This document shows, piece after piece, positions 17,339-29,600 of a DNA stretch of 64,000 bases. Each line of letters begins with the position of its first letter. Positions within the stretch are counted from its first letter, which is position 1. Position numbers and translations under genes: made by a program. The DNA comes from Gemmatimonas sp. (GTDB taxonomy: Bacteria; Gemmatimonadota; Gemmatimonadetes; Gemmatimonadales; Gemmatimonadaceae): positions 1,664,001-1,728,000 of the forward strand of contig OZ257156.1 of the NCBI GenBank assembly GCA_965279375.1, read 5' to 3'. Below the pieces are notes generated by a model. That model searched no databases and was not told the origin of the DNA. It saw only the letters and a program-made list of their open reading frames with translations.

Positions 17339-18946
17339 TCAGTCCGTACGGAAATGTACGATGCTGGCCGACACGATATCCGGCAGTTCGAGCAGCGCCC
17401 GACGTGTCGCTTCGTCCACCTCACCGTCCACCGATACCGCAGCCAACGCATCGCCGCCCTGCGCCAGACGCGCCTGGTGATACTCGGCGATGTTCACGTG
17501 ACGCTCACCCAACAGCGTTCCCACGCGACCGATCACGCCGGGCACGTCCTTGTTGGTGAGAATGAGCAGCGTTTCCTTGGGGTTCACGTCCACATGGAAC
17601 GAGCCGATGCGCGTGAGCCGTGGCGAGCTGCCCTCCGGTGCGCATCCGGTAACAGCGAGCTGTTGCATGCCGCCGGAGAGCGCGACTTCCACCGCGCGCG
17701 GGTTGCCGAGTTCGCTGGATTCGCCGACGCTGAGTTCGATGCCGCGCGCTTCCGCGAGACTGCGCGCGTTGATGAGGTTCAGGCGATCGGACTCGATGAC
17801 GCCTTCGAGCACGCCAGTCGCGGCCGCGGCGAGCAACGCCTGCGAGCCGTGCGCGAGTTCAGGGCTGACGCGCAACGACACCCGACGCACCGCGCGCATT
17901 CCCTGATCGGCGAGCACCGCGCGCGCCACGGCGGCGGCGCGACGCGCCACGAGCATGGCGGCGTGGAGATCGGCCCACCCTTCGCTTCCTGCGGCGACGT
18001 TGATCGAGCGCGACAGATCCTTGTGCAGCAGTGCGTCGCGCACGGCGATGCATACATCGCGCGCCACGTTGCGCTGCGCTTCGACCGTGCTGGCACCCAG
18101 GTGCGGCGTAAGCAGCAGGTTGTGCGCTTTCCGCAGTGGACTGTCGACGGCCAGCGGCTCCACTGAATAGGCGTCGAGCACGGCGCCGCGCAGCTGATCG
18201 GTTTCGAGCGCCGCCAGCAGTGCGGCTTCATCGACGATGCCACCGCGAGCGAGGTTGGCCACAACGGAGCGCGACGGAAGACGGCTCAACTCACGCTTGC
18301 CGATCATGCCGCGCGTTTCGTCGGTGAGCGGCGTGTGGATCGTGAGGATGTTCGTTTCCGCGAGCAACGCGTCGAGCGTCACGGCGCGACGCACGCGCAG
18401 CGCGGTGAAGCGCTCATCGGCGACATACGGATCGTACGCGACGACCTGCATGCCGAATGCGTGGGCGCGCGTGGCCACTTCGCCGCCGATGCGCCCTAAC
18501 CCGACAATGCCGAGCGTCTTGCCCTTGAGCTCACGACCGAGAAACAGCGAACGATCCCAGCGCCCTTCCGCCATGCTCTGCGCCGCCGTGGGCAACTGTC
18601 GCAGCAGCCCGATGACGGTACCGAAGAACAGTTCGGCGACGGCGATCGTGTTACCGGCCGGCGCATTGATGATCGCGACGCCCAACGACGTGGCGACATC
18701 GAGCGCGATGTTGTCCACGCCCACGCCGGCTCGGCCCACGACACGCAGTTTGGTCGCGTGTTGCAGCAGCTCGGCGGAGATGCGCGTCGCGCTCCGTCCG
18801 ACGATCGCGTCGTAGTCGGGGATGCGCCGCAGCAGCTCGTCCTTGGGGAGCGTGGGCACTTCATCGACGACCAGCTCGGGTTCGGCGAGCAGCAGCGCGA
18901 CGCCTTCCGGATCGACTTCGTCAGTTACGAGGACACGATACGTCAT
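17339..18946 (-). CDS. serA: D-3-phosphoglycerate dehydrogenase (with ASB and ACT domains)
   Basis: GRAGVGVDNI, NAPAGNT, GLGRIG, TPHLGASTVEAQ, NKDVPGVIG. Confidence 0.96.
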   Translation of the reverse strand: MTYRVLVTDEVDPEGVALLLAEPELVVDEVPTLPKDELLRRIPDYDAIVGRSATRISAELLQHATKLRVVGRAGVGVDNIALDVATSLGVAIINAPAGNTIAVAELFFGTVIGLLRQLPTAAQSMAEGRWDRSLFLGRELKGKTLGIVGLGRIGGEVATRAHAFGMQVVAYDPYVADERFTALRVRRAVTLDALLAETNILTIHTPLTDETRGMIGKRELSRLPSRSVVANLARGGIVDEAALLAALETDQLRGAVLDAYSVEPLAVDSPLRKAHNLLLTPHLGASTVEAQRNVARDVCIAVRDALLHKDLSRSINVAAGSEGWADLHAAMLVARRAAAVARAVLADQGMRAVRRVSLRVSPELAHGSQALLAAAATGVLEGVIESDRLNLINARSLAEARGIELSVGESSELGNPRAVEVALSGGMQQLAVTGCAPEGSSPRLTRIGSFHVDVNPKETLLILTNKDVPGVIGRVGTLLGERHVNIAEYHQARLAQGGDALAAVSVDGEVDEATRRALLELPDIVSASIVHFRTD

Positions 18947-19058
18947 GCGGACAGTCTGGGAGATGATGATGCTCGTCGCGCCGAACGTCGGACACGCGCA
19001 CCATCAATGGATACTCGGCTACGACGCTCGGCGGCAGCGTGCCGCGCGAGCGGAGTGC

Positions 19059-19607
19059 CTATCTCCCGAAATCGTTGCGTCCGAGGGCGCCGCGCAGGTT
19101 CTCGCGCATGGCGACGATGAGATCGTCCCGAGCGGCCGGTGAATCGTCGCGGACGTGGAGCTCAACGCCATCGGCGATGGAGACGCGTCGCCAAGAGGCG
19201 GTGCTGCCGTTCTCCTTGGCCACGATCGGGTCGAGCTGCAGCGTCAGCGCTGGTGCCAGCGAGGCAGCTACGCGCCGTTCGAGCGAATCGCCGGTGACTT
19301 CCCGCATCTCCGACTTGATCGCGTCCAGCGTTTGTCCTTCCCGCTGACGAATCTTGATCGCGAGGAGCTGGAGCAGATGGCGATAGCCGTACGTGGCCGC
19401 GGTACCCGCGCCTTCGGGGCGATCGAGCAGCCCGTTGGCTACGTAGAAGCGGACAGCGCGCGCACTTGGCATCGCACGGGCCGACGCATTGGTCGGCTTC
19501 ATGCCAGCGGCATCCACGAGGGAGGCCGCGTGTGCGGCGAGTCCACGAGCATTGAATGGAGCGTGGCGCGCGTGGGCGCGCAGGAGCGGAACAGGGGACT
19601 CGGCCAT
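19059..19607 (-). CDS. MerR-type helix-turn-helix regulator
   Basis: PSARAVRFYVANGLLDRP...YGYRHLLQLLAIK..QREGQTLDAI; C-terminal WRRVSIADGVELHV. Confidence 0.85.
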   Translation of the reverse strand: MAESPVPLLRAHARHAPFNARGLAAHAASLVDAAGMKPTNASARAMPSARAVRFYVANGLLDRPEGAGTAATYGYRHLLQLLAIKIRQREGQTLDAIKSEMREVTGDSLERRVAASLAPALTLQLDPIVAKENGSTASWRRVSIADGVELHVRDDSPAARDDLIVAMRENLRGALGRNDFGR

Positions 19608-19689
19608 GGGACGCGGAATATACGGGCAATCCGAAGCACCGCGAGCAGGGCGGCCGAATCTCCCGATCACGCGTCCGGTGGACAGCCGG

Positions 19690-20556
19690 TCAGAGCTTGA
19701 CCCCGAGGAACTTGAGGAGCGCGGCCGCGAACAAGTCCGGGCATTCCTCGTGCGGGAGGTCGCCGGCCGGGAAGACTTCGAACGGAGCCTCGGGACGAAG
19801 CCCGTGCACCTGAGCTGCTTCCTTGAAGGGCGTCTGGGCGGCGAACTGGCCCCAGGCCAGCATGAACGGTCGCGGCATGGCGACCAAATCGTGCCGAATG
19901 TCGTGATTGAGCCGCATGCCGACAAAGGCGGCCGGTGCGAAACGGGCGTTGTGCTGTCTCGCGCTCTCCCAATAAAGATTTACCACGCGGTCGGACATCA
20001 TGGAGCGGTCGTGGTAGATGTCCTTCAGGAAGAAGCGGATGCTCGGCTTGGAGACGAGCGCCGAGAAGAGCGCGGTGCCGGGGACGTTGCTGCGGAAGAG
20101 CCCCTGCACCACAGAGCCGGCGGCGCCACCATAGTTGTAGAGCCGCGAGACACCGGCCGGACCGATCGCCGAGACAGCGCTGACGAGCTCCGGATGCGCA
20201 GCCGCGATGGCGATGAGGTATGTGCCCCCGAGCGAGGAGCCGACCAGCACGGCGGGCTGTCCGATGACGTCTCGCAGGAAATCGGTCAGCAGCTCGATGT
20301 AGAGCGTGGCGGTGTAGTGCAGCTCCGGGTGCGCCGACGCGCCGAAGCCGAGCAAGTCGATGCTGTAGGTGGTGTAGTGCTGTGCGAGCACCGGCACGAC
20401 GTCGCGCCATTCCATGGACCAAGCGCACGCATGGATGGAGTGAACGAGCAGCATCGGCGGGCCTTCACCGCGCTGGACATAGGCGATGTCATGACCGCGC
20501 CAGGTGTAGTGGCGTCGTTCACCGCCGATCGGATTGGGCAGCGCGTTCATGGGCAT
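19690..20556 (-). CDS. Alpha/beta hydrolase
   Basis: DLLGFGAS, GSSLG, LPHEE. Confidence 0.88.
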   Translation of the reverse strand: MPMNALPNPIGGERRHYTWRGHDIAYVQRGEGPPMLLVHSIHACAWSMEWRDVVPVLAQHYTTYSIDLLGFGASAHPELHYTATLYIELLTDFLRDVIGQPAVLVGSSLGGTYLIAIAAAHPELVSAVSAIGPAGVSRLYNYGGAAGSVVQGLFRSNVPGTALFSALVSKPSIRFFLKDIYHDRSMMSDRVVNLYWESARQHNARFAPAAFVGMRLNHDIRHDLVAMPRPFMLAWGQFAAQTPFKEAAQVHGLRPEAPFEVFPAGDLPHEECPDLFAAALLKFLGVKL

Positions 20557-20837
20557 GAATGGACACGAAGGTGCGAGACTGTGACAGTTGGCGTCTGCGG
20601 GGTGACACCTGCTCCAGACGATCCAATGTCCGTTCCGGCACCGGTGCCCAGCGGGCGGGTGCTCAGCGCGAGTGTGCAGAGTACGAGTACACGAGATTGA
20701 TCGCTGCGATGCGCCAGGCCGAACGAGTGACACTCCCCAGCATCACCCACCACCCAACCGGACGACCTGACGCGCTATCGCTGCGGCAATCTCAGAACTG
20801 TTCCTGCACTCGCTTCATTGTCCATTTCGCGCCCTAC

Positions 20838-21248
20838 TTACGCGCCGGCGCTCATCGCGAAGGCTGTTTTCACATCGGCGGCGGCGGCGTGCTGAGCAAT
20901 CGTCGCGAGGTCTACGGGCTTTTCCAGAAAGTGCAGCGCCCCGAGTCGGAGCGAGGCCTGCCGGTTGGAGTCGTCCGGGTAGGCGGTCAGCACGAGAACC
21001 GTGGCGTCCGGCGAGAGCATGCCGGCGAGGGCCATCACCTGGAGACCGCCATCGCGCTTCCCGCCAAGGCGAAGGTCGGTGACGATGAGATCGAAACGCT
21101 GCAGTCGGAGCTTTTCGAGCGCGTCCGGGAGCAGTTCTGCGGAGGAGACGGCATTTCCTTCGACGTCGAAGAGCTCGACGAGGACGTCGCGGATGGACTG
21201 TTCGTCTTCGACGACGAGGACATGCTTGGGCTGCTGAGTCGAGGGCAT
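20838..21248 (-). CDS. Single-domain response regulator (REC)
   Basis: VLVVEDE, DLIVTDL, LTAY, FLEKP. Confidence 0.92.
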   Translation of the reverse strand: MPSTQQPKHVLVVEDEQSIRDVLVELFDVEGNAVSSAELLPDALEKLRLQRFDLIVTDLRLGGKRDGGLQVMALAGMLSPDATVLVLTAYPDDSNRQASLRLGALHFLEKPVDLATIAQHAAAADVKTAFAMSAGA

Positions 21249-21363
21249 GTCTGTTCTTAGGGCGAGAATCGCGCCATTGGCGTCGATTGACGCGCTACTC
21301 GCGTAATGCGTTGCCAGACAGTGATTTACATTGTACGCGCGCCTGCTATCGCGACGACGGAAA

Positions 21364-21423
21364 CTGACCGATAATCGGTCAGATCACGCTAGGTGTCCGA
21401 AAAACAGTGACCGATTGTCGGTC
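21364..21423. promoter_or_regulatory. Two related dyads GACCGA-N3-TCGGTC upstream of the REC gene
   Basis: CTGACCGAT-A-ATCGGTCAG (21364-21382) and GACCGA-TTG-TCGGTC (21409-21423). Confidence 0.6.
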
Positions 21424-21425
21424 GT

Positions 21426-22786
<1,361 letters not shown>

Positions 22787-22790
<4 letters not shown>

Positions 22791-24340
22791 GCCGGTACCA
22801 GTGCGGGAAGCGTCAGCGTGACGACGGTGCCGGCTTCGGCGCTGCTGTCGATGTGAATGCTGCCACTGTGCTCGTCCATGATGCGCTGGCAGAGTGCGAG
22901 CCCGATCCCCGAGCCGCCGGTCTTGGTGGAGTAGAAAAACTCGAAGACGTGTGGCAGTACATCGGGCGGGATGGCGGGTCCGCCGTTCACAAGGCGGCAG
23001 CGAAATCCGCCAGCCGGAGAGAGCTGCGCGATGAGCTGCAGCTCGCTCCCCTCGGGCGCGGCGTCGCAGGCGTTCACGAGCACGTTGCGACAGACCTGCC
23101 CGAACTGCTCGAGATCGATCAGGGCACGAACAGGCGTCTCCATGCGCACGCGTCGCAGCGTGAGATGCTTCCCCTCGATGCGTCCGCGTTCGCCTTCGAG
23201 AATGTCATCCCAGACCAGTTCGGGATCATTGGCCACGAGATGCGCGGCGTTGGGACGTCCGAACTCCAGCAGCGAGGTGACCATGCGATTGAGTCGCTCC
23301 ACCTCGCGCAGAATGCGACCGACGTTCTTCTCCACGACAGGATCTTCGCGACTGCGGAACTGCAGCAGCTGCGCAGCGGAGGAGATGCCGAAGAGCGGAT
23401 TGCGCAGTTCATGCGCCACGCCGGCCGCAACTTCGCCGATGGCTTCGAGTCGGCGCTTTTGCTCCACGCGCTCCACCAGCCACGCGCGTTCGATCGCGAC
23501 GGCCGTTTGCGCCGCGACCACGGCGAGCACGCGTTCGGCTTCCTCGAGCGCCTGTTCCGATTCGATCGGTTCGGCGCAGAGCGTGATGGCGCCGAGTACC
23601 CCTTCCGCGCTGACGAGTGGCGCGGTGATTTCGAGGCCAGCGTCGGTGTGCTCACGAATGACGTGTCCCTTGGCCAGCGCATCGAGCCACGTGCGCAGCA
23701 GCCGCTGTTCGAGCTGCGCCGGCTTCTGCTCGTCTTCGTAGCCCTGCCGATGCGTGATGCGGAACTCCGCCGTGTCATCGTCGGCGAGCGCGATGAGAAA
23801 TCCGGTGGACGGCACCGCGCGACGGAGCTGATGCGCGACTTCGGCGTAGACCTGATCGAGCGCGATCGCTTCGGCGAGTGCCATGCCGGTGTTCAGCAGT
23901 GCTTCGCGCGAGCGATGGCTTGGGGTGATATCCACCGTCGAGAAGACGAAGCCGGTGATATCGGTGCCGTCGTCGAGTGCGGTGACCTGCATGAGGAACA
24001 CGCGCTCCTCGGTGGGGGAGCTGCACGGAAACTCCCAGCGCACCACCGGCACCACTCGATTGCGCAGCAGGCTCATGGCGCGCTCGATCTGATCGCGCGA
24101 TGCCTCGTCGGCCACGCCGTCAAAGACGGAGCGCCCGCAGACGGAGGCTTCCATCGCGAGCAGTGGTGCGCCGTTCTCGATGGCGAAGCGCGACCACGAG
24201 CCGTTGGCCGACGTGATCGTGCCGGCGAGGTCGACCGACCAGACGGTGAGCGGCAGTGCGTCGAGGACGCGCCGAGCGAAGGGCGCTGACTCGAGGTTGG
24301 TGCGTGTGCTACTGCTGGTACTGGGTTCCATGGCGGTCAC
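22787..24340 (-). CDS. PAS-GAF sensor histidine kinase
   Basis: AHELRNPL, NACDA, FYSTKTGGSGIGL; overlaps the NtrC gene. Start may be 24331. Confidence 0.92.
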
Positions 24341-24364
24341 CGGAGCAAGTTACCGCTATCAACG

Positions 24365-24398
24365 CGAACAGGGGCGCGAAGATCCGCGCCCCTGTTCG
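24365..24398. terminator. Hairpin after the histone-like gene
   Basis: CGAACAGGGGCGCG / CGCGCCCCTGTTCG arms. Confidence 0.65.
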
Positions 24399-24425
24399 TC
24401 ATGCTGCGTTGGTACCGCCGATGAT

Positions 24426-25310
24426 TCAGCGGCCCTTCTTCTTGGCCGCCTTCTTGGGAGCGGCCTTCTTCGGGGCGGCCTTCTTGGGTGCTGCCTTTTT
24501 CACCGCCGCCTTCTTCACCGGTGCCGCTTTCTTGGGCGCGGCCTTCTTGGCCGGCGCCGCCTTCTTGGCGGGAGCAGCCTTCTTGGCCGGAGCCGCCTTC
24601 TTTGCCGGCGCGGCCTTCTTGGCCGGAGCCGCCTTCTTTGAAGGTGCGGCCTTCTTTGCCCCCGGTGCAGCCTTCTTGGCGGGAGCCGCCTTTTTCGCTG
24701 GCGCCGCCTTCTTGGCCGGCGGTGCAGCCTTGACCGGCGCGGCCTTCACGGGAGCAGCCTTAGCTGGAGCAGCAGCCTTGGCGGGCGCCTCCTTCTTGGC
24801 GGGCGCGGCCTTCTTGGCGGCAGGCTTGGGCGCAGCAGCAGCCGGTGCTTCGGCAACCACAGGTGCAGCCTTAGGTGCCTTGGGGGCCTTGGGCGGCTTG
24901 GGTGCCGCGACGGGCTTGGGCTCGGGCTCCGCAGGCGCGGCCGGCGGCGCGGGCGCCTCTTCGACCTTGGGCGGCATCACGGCCTTCAGCTTGGGCGCCG
25001 GCTTCTGCGCACCAGGGTTTTTGGGAGGACGGCCGGGGCCGCGACGCACGATCGGACGGCCGAAGAGATCGTCCTCGTCGTCTTCGTCGTCGATGGCCTC
25101 TTCCTCGAAGCCGTCGTCCTCATCGTCATCGTCATCGTCGTCGGTGTCGTCCGCGCTGTCCCACAGGCTGTCGCCGTCGTCAGAGGGGAGGCCGTATCCG
25201 TCCTCCTCGTCGTCTTCGTCGTAAGACGAGCCGCCGTATCCCCCCAGATCATACAGTTCGTCGCGATCCATGAACTGGAGCTCTTCAGACTTCTCGTCAC
25301 CACGCGGCAT
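24426..25310 (-). CDS. Histone H1-like low-complexity protein: acidic N-terminus, AT-hook-like motif, PAKKAA repeats
   Basis: GAAGGAGGAGG RBS; D/E tract; RRGPGRPPK; many AKKAAP repeats; downstream hairpin. Confidence 0.85.
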   Translation of the reverse strand: MPRGDEKSEELQFMDRDELYDLGGYGGSSYDEDDEEDGYGLPSDDGDSLWDSADDTDDDDDDDEDDGFEEEAIDDEDDEDDLFGRPIVRRGPGRPPKNPGAQKPAPKLKAVMPPKVEEAPAPPAAPAEPEPKPVAAPKPPKAPKAPKAAPVVAEAPAAAAPKPAAKKAAPAKKEAPAKAAAPAKAAPVKAAPVKAAPPAKKAAPAKKAAPAKKAAPGAKKAAPSKKAAPAKKAAPAKKAAPAKKAAPAKKAAPAKKAAPKKAAPVKKAAVKKAAPKKAAPKKAAPKKAAKKKGR

Positions 25311-25487
25311 GACTGCCTCCTCCTTCGTAATTGTCGAATATCAGGGTTAGCGGGAGTCGATGCGAAGCCCGACTCGCCGCGCGCGTATGCCCGCAAGTGG
25401 GACGCACAGGATCGGCGCCAGCATACCGTGCGTTCTACACACACCCTAGTACAAAGACGGCGGCGCTACGTCAAGCGCCTCGCGCGG

Positions 25488-26597
25488 TCAGATACGCGGA
25501 ATGTCCTGCACCTGCCCACGCGTGACCACGTCGCGCAGCGCGTCATAGATGCGCGGCTCGAGCAGGCGACCGGCCTGTGTGCGCAGATAGTCGAGCGTGG
25601 TGGCCGGCGGCAACGGGTCGCGATACGCACGCTGCGACGTCAGCGCGTCGAAGGCGTCGGCCGCGGTCAGAATGCGTCCGCCGAGTGCGATCTGGGTGCC
25701 GCTCAGGGCACGCGGATAGCCGCTGCCGTCCCAGTGCTCGTGGTGATCCTGCACGTAGTCGAGCGCTTCGCCGAGGTGCTGGAGGGGGCGCAGGATCTCG
25801 ACGCCGAACCGGACGTGGTCCTTGACGTGCGCGAACTCTTCCTCGGTGAGCGGACCGGCCTTGTTGAGCACCGCCTCGCGAATGCCGATCTTGCCCACGT
25901 CGTGCAGGCGGCCGGCGAGCCGGACGCGTTCGACCATCGCCGCATCGAGCCCCAGTTCGCAGGCGATGGCCGCGCCCAACTCGGCAACGCGATGCGAGTG
26001 GCCACGGAGGTACACATCCTTGGCTTCCATCGCGTTGATGAGCGTTTCCGCGATGCTGACCGTGAGTGCGCGCAGGGCCGCCTTCTCGCGTTCCAGCTCG
26101 GCGGTCCGAATGTTCACTTCCTCACGAATGAGGCGATCGTTAGCGCGTTTCTCGATGGCGTGGCTGCGACGACGCATCGCGCGCTCCACCGCCGACTGCA
26201 GGTCGGGGAGTTCGACCGGCTTGAGGAGATAGTCGAACGCGCCGGAGGAGAGCGCCTCGGTGGCGCTGGCCGCATCGTTGACGGCTGTGAGCATGATCAC
26301 GCCCAGATCGCCGTCGAGCTGGAGCGCGCGCGGCACCGTATCGAGCCCGCTCAATCCCGGCATGCGCAAGTCGCACAGCATGAGGGCGAACTTGCTGGCC
26401 GAGAGCTGTTCGAGCGCCGCCGTGCCGGAGTCGGCGACTTCGACTTCGAAGCCGCGGCTCCGCAGGAAGCGGCTCAGCGCGAGCCGAATGGTGGACTCGT
26501 CGTCGACCACGAGGATGCGGCGCAGTGCGTCGTCCGCGATGGCGGCAGCCGCAGCGTCGATGGCCGTGAACGGATCGGACATGGTCGGCGAATTCAT
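25488..26597 (-). CDS. REC + HD-GYP cyclic-di-GMP phosphodiesterase
   Basis: ILVVDDE; GHSHRV; LHDVGK; HHEHWDGSGYP; ADAFDALTS. Confidence 0.94.
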   Translation of the reverse strand: MNSPTMSDPFTAIDAAAAAIADDALRRILVVDDESTIRLALSRFLRSRGFEVEVADSGTAALEQLSASKFALMLCDLRMPGLSGLDTVPRALQLDGDLGVIMLTAVNDAASATEALSSGAFDYLLKPVELPDLQSAVERAMRRRSHAIEKRANDRLIREEVNIRTAELEREKAALRALTVSIAETLINAMEAKDVYLRGHSHRVAELGAAIACELGLDAAMVERVRLAGRLHDVGKIGIREAVLNKAGPLTEEEFAHVKDHVRFGVEILRPLQHLGEALDYVQDHHEHWDGSGYPRALSGTQIALGGRILTAADAFDALTSQRAYRDPLPPATTLDYLRTQAGRLLEPRIYDALRDVVTRGQVQDIPRI

Positions 26598-26604
26598 GGG
26601 ACGG

Positions 26605-29600
26605 TCAATTTATGTTACGCTGATCGGCGAAGACTTGCACGGGGGCATCGGCAATCGGCACCGCCTCGGGAGGCGCAATGAAGGGGAGCGACAGCGTCAC
26701 GGACGTACCGACGCCAACCTCCGACTGCACGTCGATGGTTCCCCCGTGCGCCTGGATGATGCCGTAGCTCACGCTGAGTCCCAATCCGGTGCCCATCCCC
26801 TCGGCCTTCGTGGTGAAGAACGGCTCGAAGATGCGGCGACGTACTTCGGGCGGCATGCCGCGCCCGGTGTCCGCTGCGGTCACGATCGCGTGGCTGCCTT
26901 CAGTACGCGTGGCGACGGTGAGCACACGCGTGTCCCACTGTTGCATCGCGAATTCGGCGTTGGCAATCAGGTTGAGAAGCACCTGCTGCAACTTCTGCGG
27001 GTCTCCGGGCACGCGCGGCAGATCGGGATCGAGCAGCAGTTCCACACGCACACCGGCGCTTCGCAACGGATACGCGCGCAGGCGCAGCGTCTGTTCGATG
27101 AGATCGTTCATGTCGAACGGGGCCGTGACCGGCTCCGTCTTGCGCGCAAACAGCAGCAAGTCGCGGATGACGGTCTTGGCGCGGTCGCTCTCCTGCTTGA
27201 TGAGCTGCACCGATTCGCGCTGGTCCCCTTCGAGATGCTCCTCGAGCAGAATCTGCGCGAACGCGGAGATGCCGGTGAGCGGATTGTTGATCTCGTGCGC
27301 AACGCCAGCCACCAGTTCGCCCAGCGCAACCATTTTTTCCGTGTGGCGAAGTTGTTCGGCGATGCGCCGATCGGCGCTGACGTTGCGTACGCTGACCACG
27401 TGGCCCAGCACCTCGCCATCCTGCGCCGTGAGCGGCGAGATGGTCACGGCGGCGGGGAATTCGCTGTCGTCCTTGCGACGATGCTGATGCTCGGTGATGC
27501 TGACGCCTTCGTCGAGGAGCGGCGCGTCGGGGCGCGTCGTGGGACCCGGCTCCACGCGGATGACCAGCTGCTCGAACTGCATCTCCATCAACTCCACCTG
27601 CGTCCAGCCGTACTCGCGCGCGGCGGCCGGGTTGGCGTAGCGCACGCCCACGCGATCGAGAATGAAGATCGGGTGGTCGATGGTGGTGAGCGCGGTCGCC
27701 AGCAGATGTTCGCGTTCGCGCGACAGACGCTCTTCCTCATCGAGGAGCAACGCGTCGAGTGCGAGCGCCAATGAGGTGGAGAGCACTTCGAGCGTGACGC
27801 GGTCGCGCTTGAAGAGCGGCGCTTTGCGTGGCGACGACACCACGAGCACGCCGAGTGTGCGGTCGCGCGCCGCGAGCGGCACGACGAAGCCCCATTCATC
27901 AGGGACCGTGGAGGCCAAGGCAGCGGGTGCGACGTCGCGGAGGGTGCTGAGCTCGCGCGGTTTGCCGTCGGGGGCGATGGAGGACACGCCCTTGCTGCCC
28001 CCCGGCCGATGTCCGCGCAGGACATCAAGCGTGCCACTGGCCGCGACGTACTCAATGAGGCCATCACGTCCACGGGCCACGCCGATGGCCTTGCCGATCG
28101 ATGGCACGAACCGATCGAGCACGCCGAGCAGTTCGTTGGCTCCGTCGCTGAGGGAGACCGCCTGCAGCGTGACGCGCGCGAGTTCGGCGGCGCCTTCGGC
28201 GCGCTGGCGTTCGAACGCTGATTGCGTGAAGAGGCGAGTCGTTTCAACGACCGTGCCCGCTTGTCGGGCGAGGATCGTCAACAGATCGACGTCCTGCAGG
28301 TCGAAGGCGTCGGGGTCGGGGGAGAGCAGGCGCAAGACGCCGGTGCTGCGTGGACCGAAGCGCACGACGGCACAAAGCTCGGCGGAGCCGCGTGTCCAGT
28401 AGCGCGTTTCGTCGGTGTGCACGATGAGCCGTGCGACGCCCGAGGCGAAGGCTTCCTTGGGGAGCGCGAGTTCGATGTCGCTGACGAGGCCCAGCTTGAC
28501 GGCCACGCCATCGCGCGTGGCGAGAACGCGCGTGAGTCCTTCGTAGCCGGCGGCGTAGACTTCGCAGACGGCGCTCGGAATGACGCCACGCACGGCGTCG
28601 GCGATCGTTTGCGGCAGCGTGTCTTCGGTGACGACGTGCGTGAGCTGCTGCTGCGCGCGCGCGAGCGCGGTGAGGCGTTGGGCGCGCCGTTCGAGCTCGG
28701 CGAGATTGACCGCGTTGCGGAAGGCGAGGACCACCTGCGTGGCGATGTCGCGGAGCAGCTCGCGTTCGTCGTCGGTGAACTCGTGGCCGGTGCGAAAGCG
28801 GACGGAGAGCAATCCCTGTGCACGATCCTCGAGCATCAGCGGAAGGAGCGCGATGGCGCTCAGTCCCATGGCCAGCAGCGGCGCGGAGGAGGTGTTGGGG
28901 TCGTTCGCGGGGACGACGTCAGCGAGATCGTCGATGAAGTCGGGGCGACCGGTGTCGAGCGACTGCCCGAGACGCGAGCGCCAGAAGGTCGCTGCGACGG
29001 CGTCGGCATCCACGCGGCCCGTGCCCTGCTGGTATTCGAGGCGAGCGGTGCGGAGCTGCGGGTTGGCCTCGTAGACGGCAAATCCGTCGGCACGCAGCTC
29101 TTCGCGGAGCACGCGGCCGACGCCCTCGTACACCGCCTCGCGTGTGACGGCGTCGGCGAGGATGCGCGCGGTGCGGGCGAGGATCGCGTTGCGTCGGGCG
29201 GCTTGCGCGGCGTCTTCGGCGCGGTGACGCGCGTCGATGGCGGCGAGTTCGGCGCGCTGGACGAGACGCTGGCTGCGCAGCACGAGGGCGCTGTGGTCCG
29301 CCAGGTGCCCGAGCATTTCGATGTCGTTGCGCGAGAAGGTACCACGCGCCGAGTTGACGCAGACGAGCAGGCCGGAGACGGCGCCTTCGACGATGATCGG
29401 GACAACCGCCATTTCGCGGGCGTCGAGCGCACGGCGCACGGAGCTGTCCACGTCGATCGGCAGTTCGCTGCCGGCGGCCCAGAACGCCTGGCGGGCCATG
29501 AGCGCATCGCGAAAGAGGGCAGGGTGCTCGCGAATGCGGAACTCGAGTCCATCGAACGGCTTGGTCACACCACTCGGCGCGACGACGACGAGCACGTCGG

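Noticed and set aside
21301..21316. Sigma54 promoter TGGCAACGCATTACGC on the minus strand
   Set aside because: GG-to-GC spacing is 11 rather than the required 10, and there is no TTGC.
24256..25224. 322-aa + strand ORF of AAFLAG repeats
   Set aside because: Antisense shadow of the PAKKAA-repeat gene, which has the RBS and terminator.
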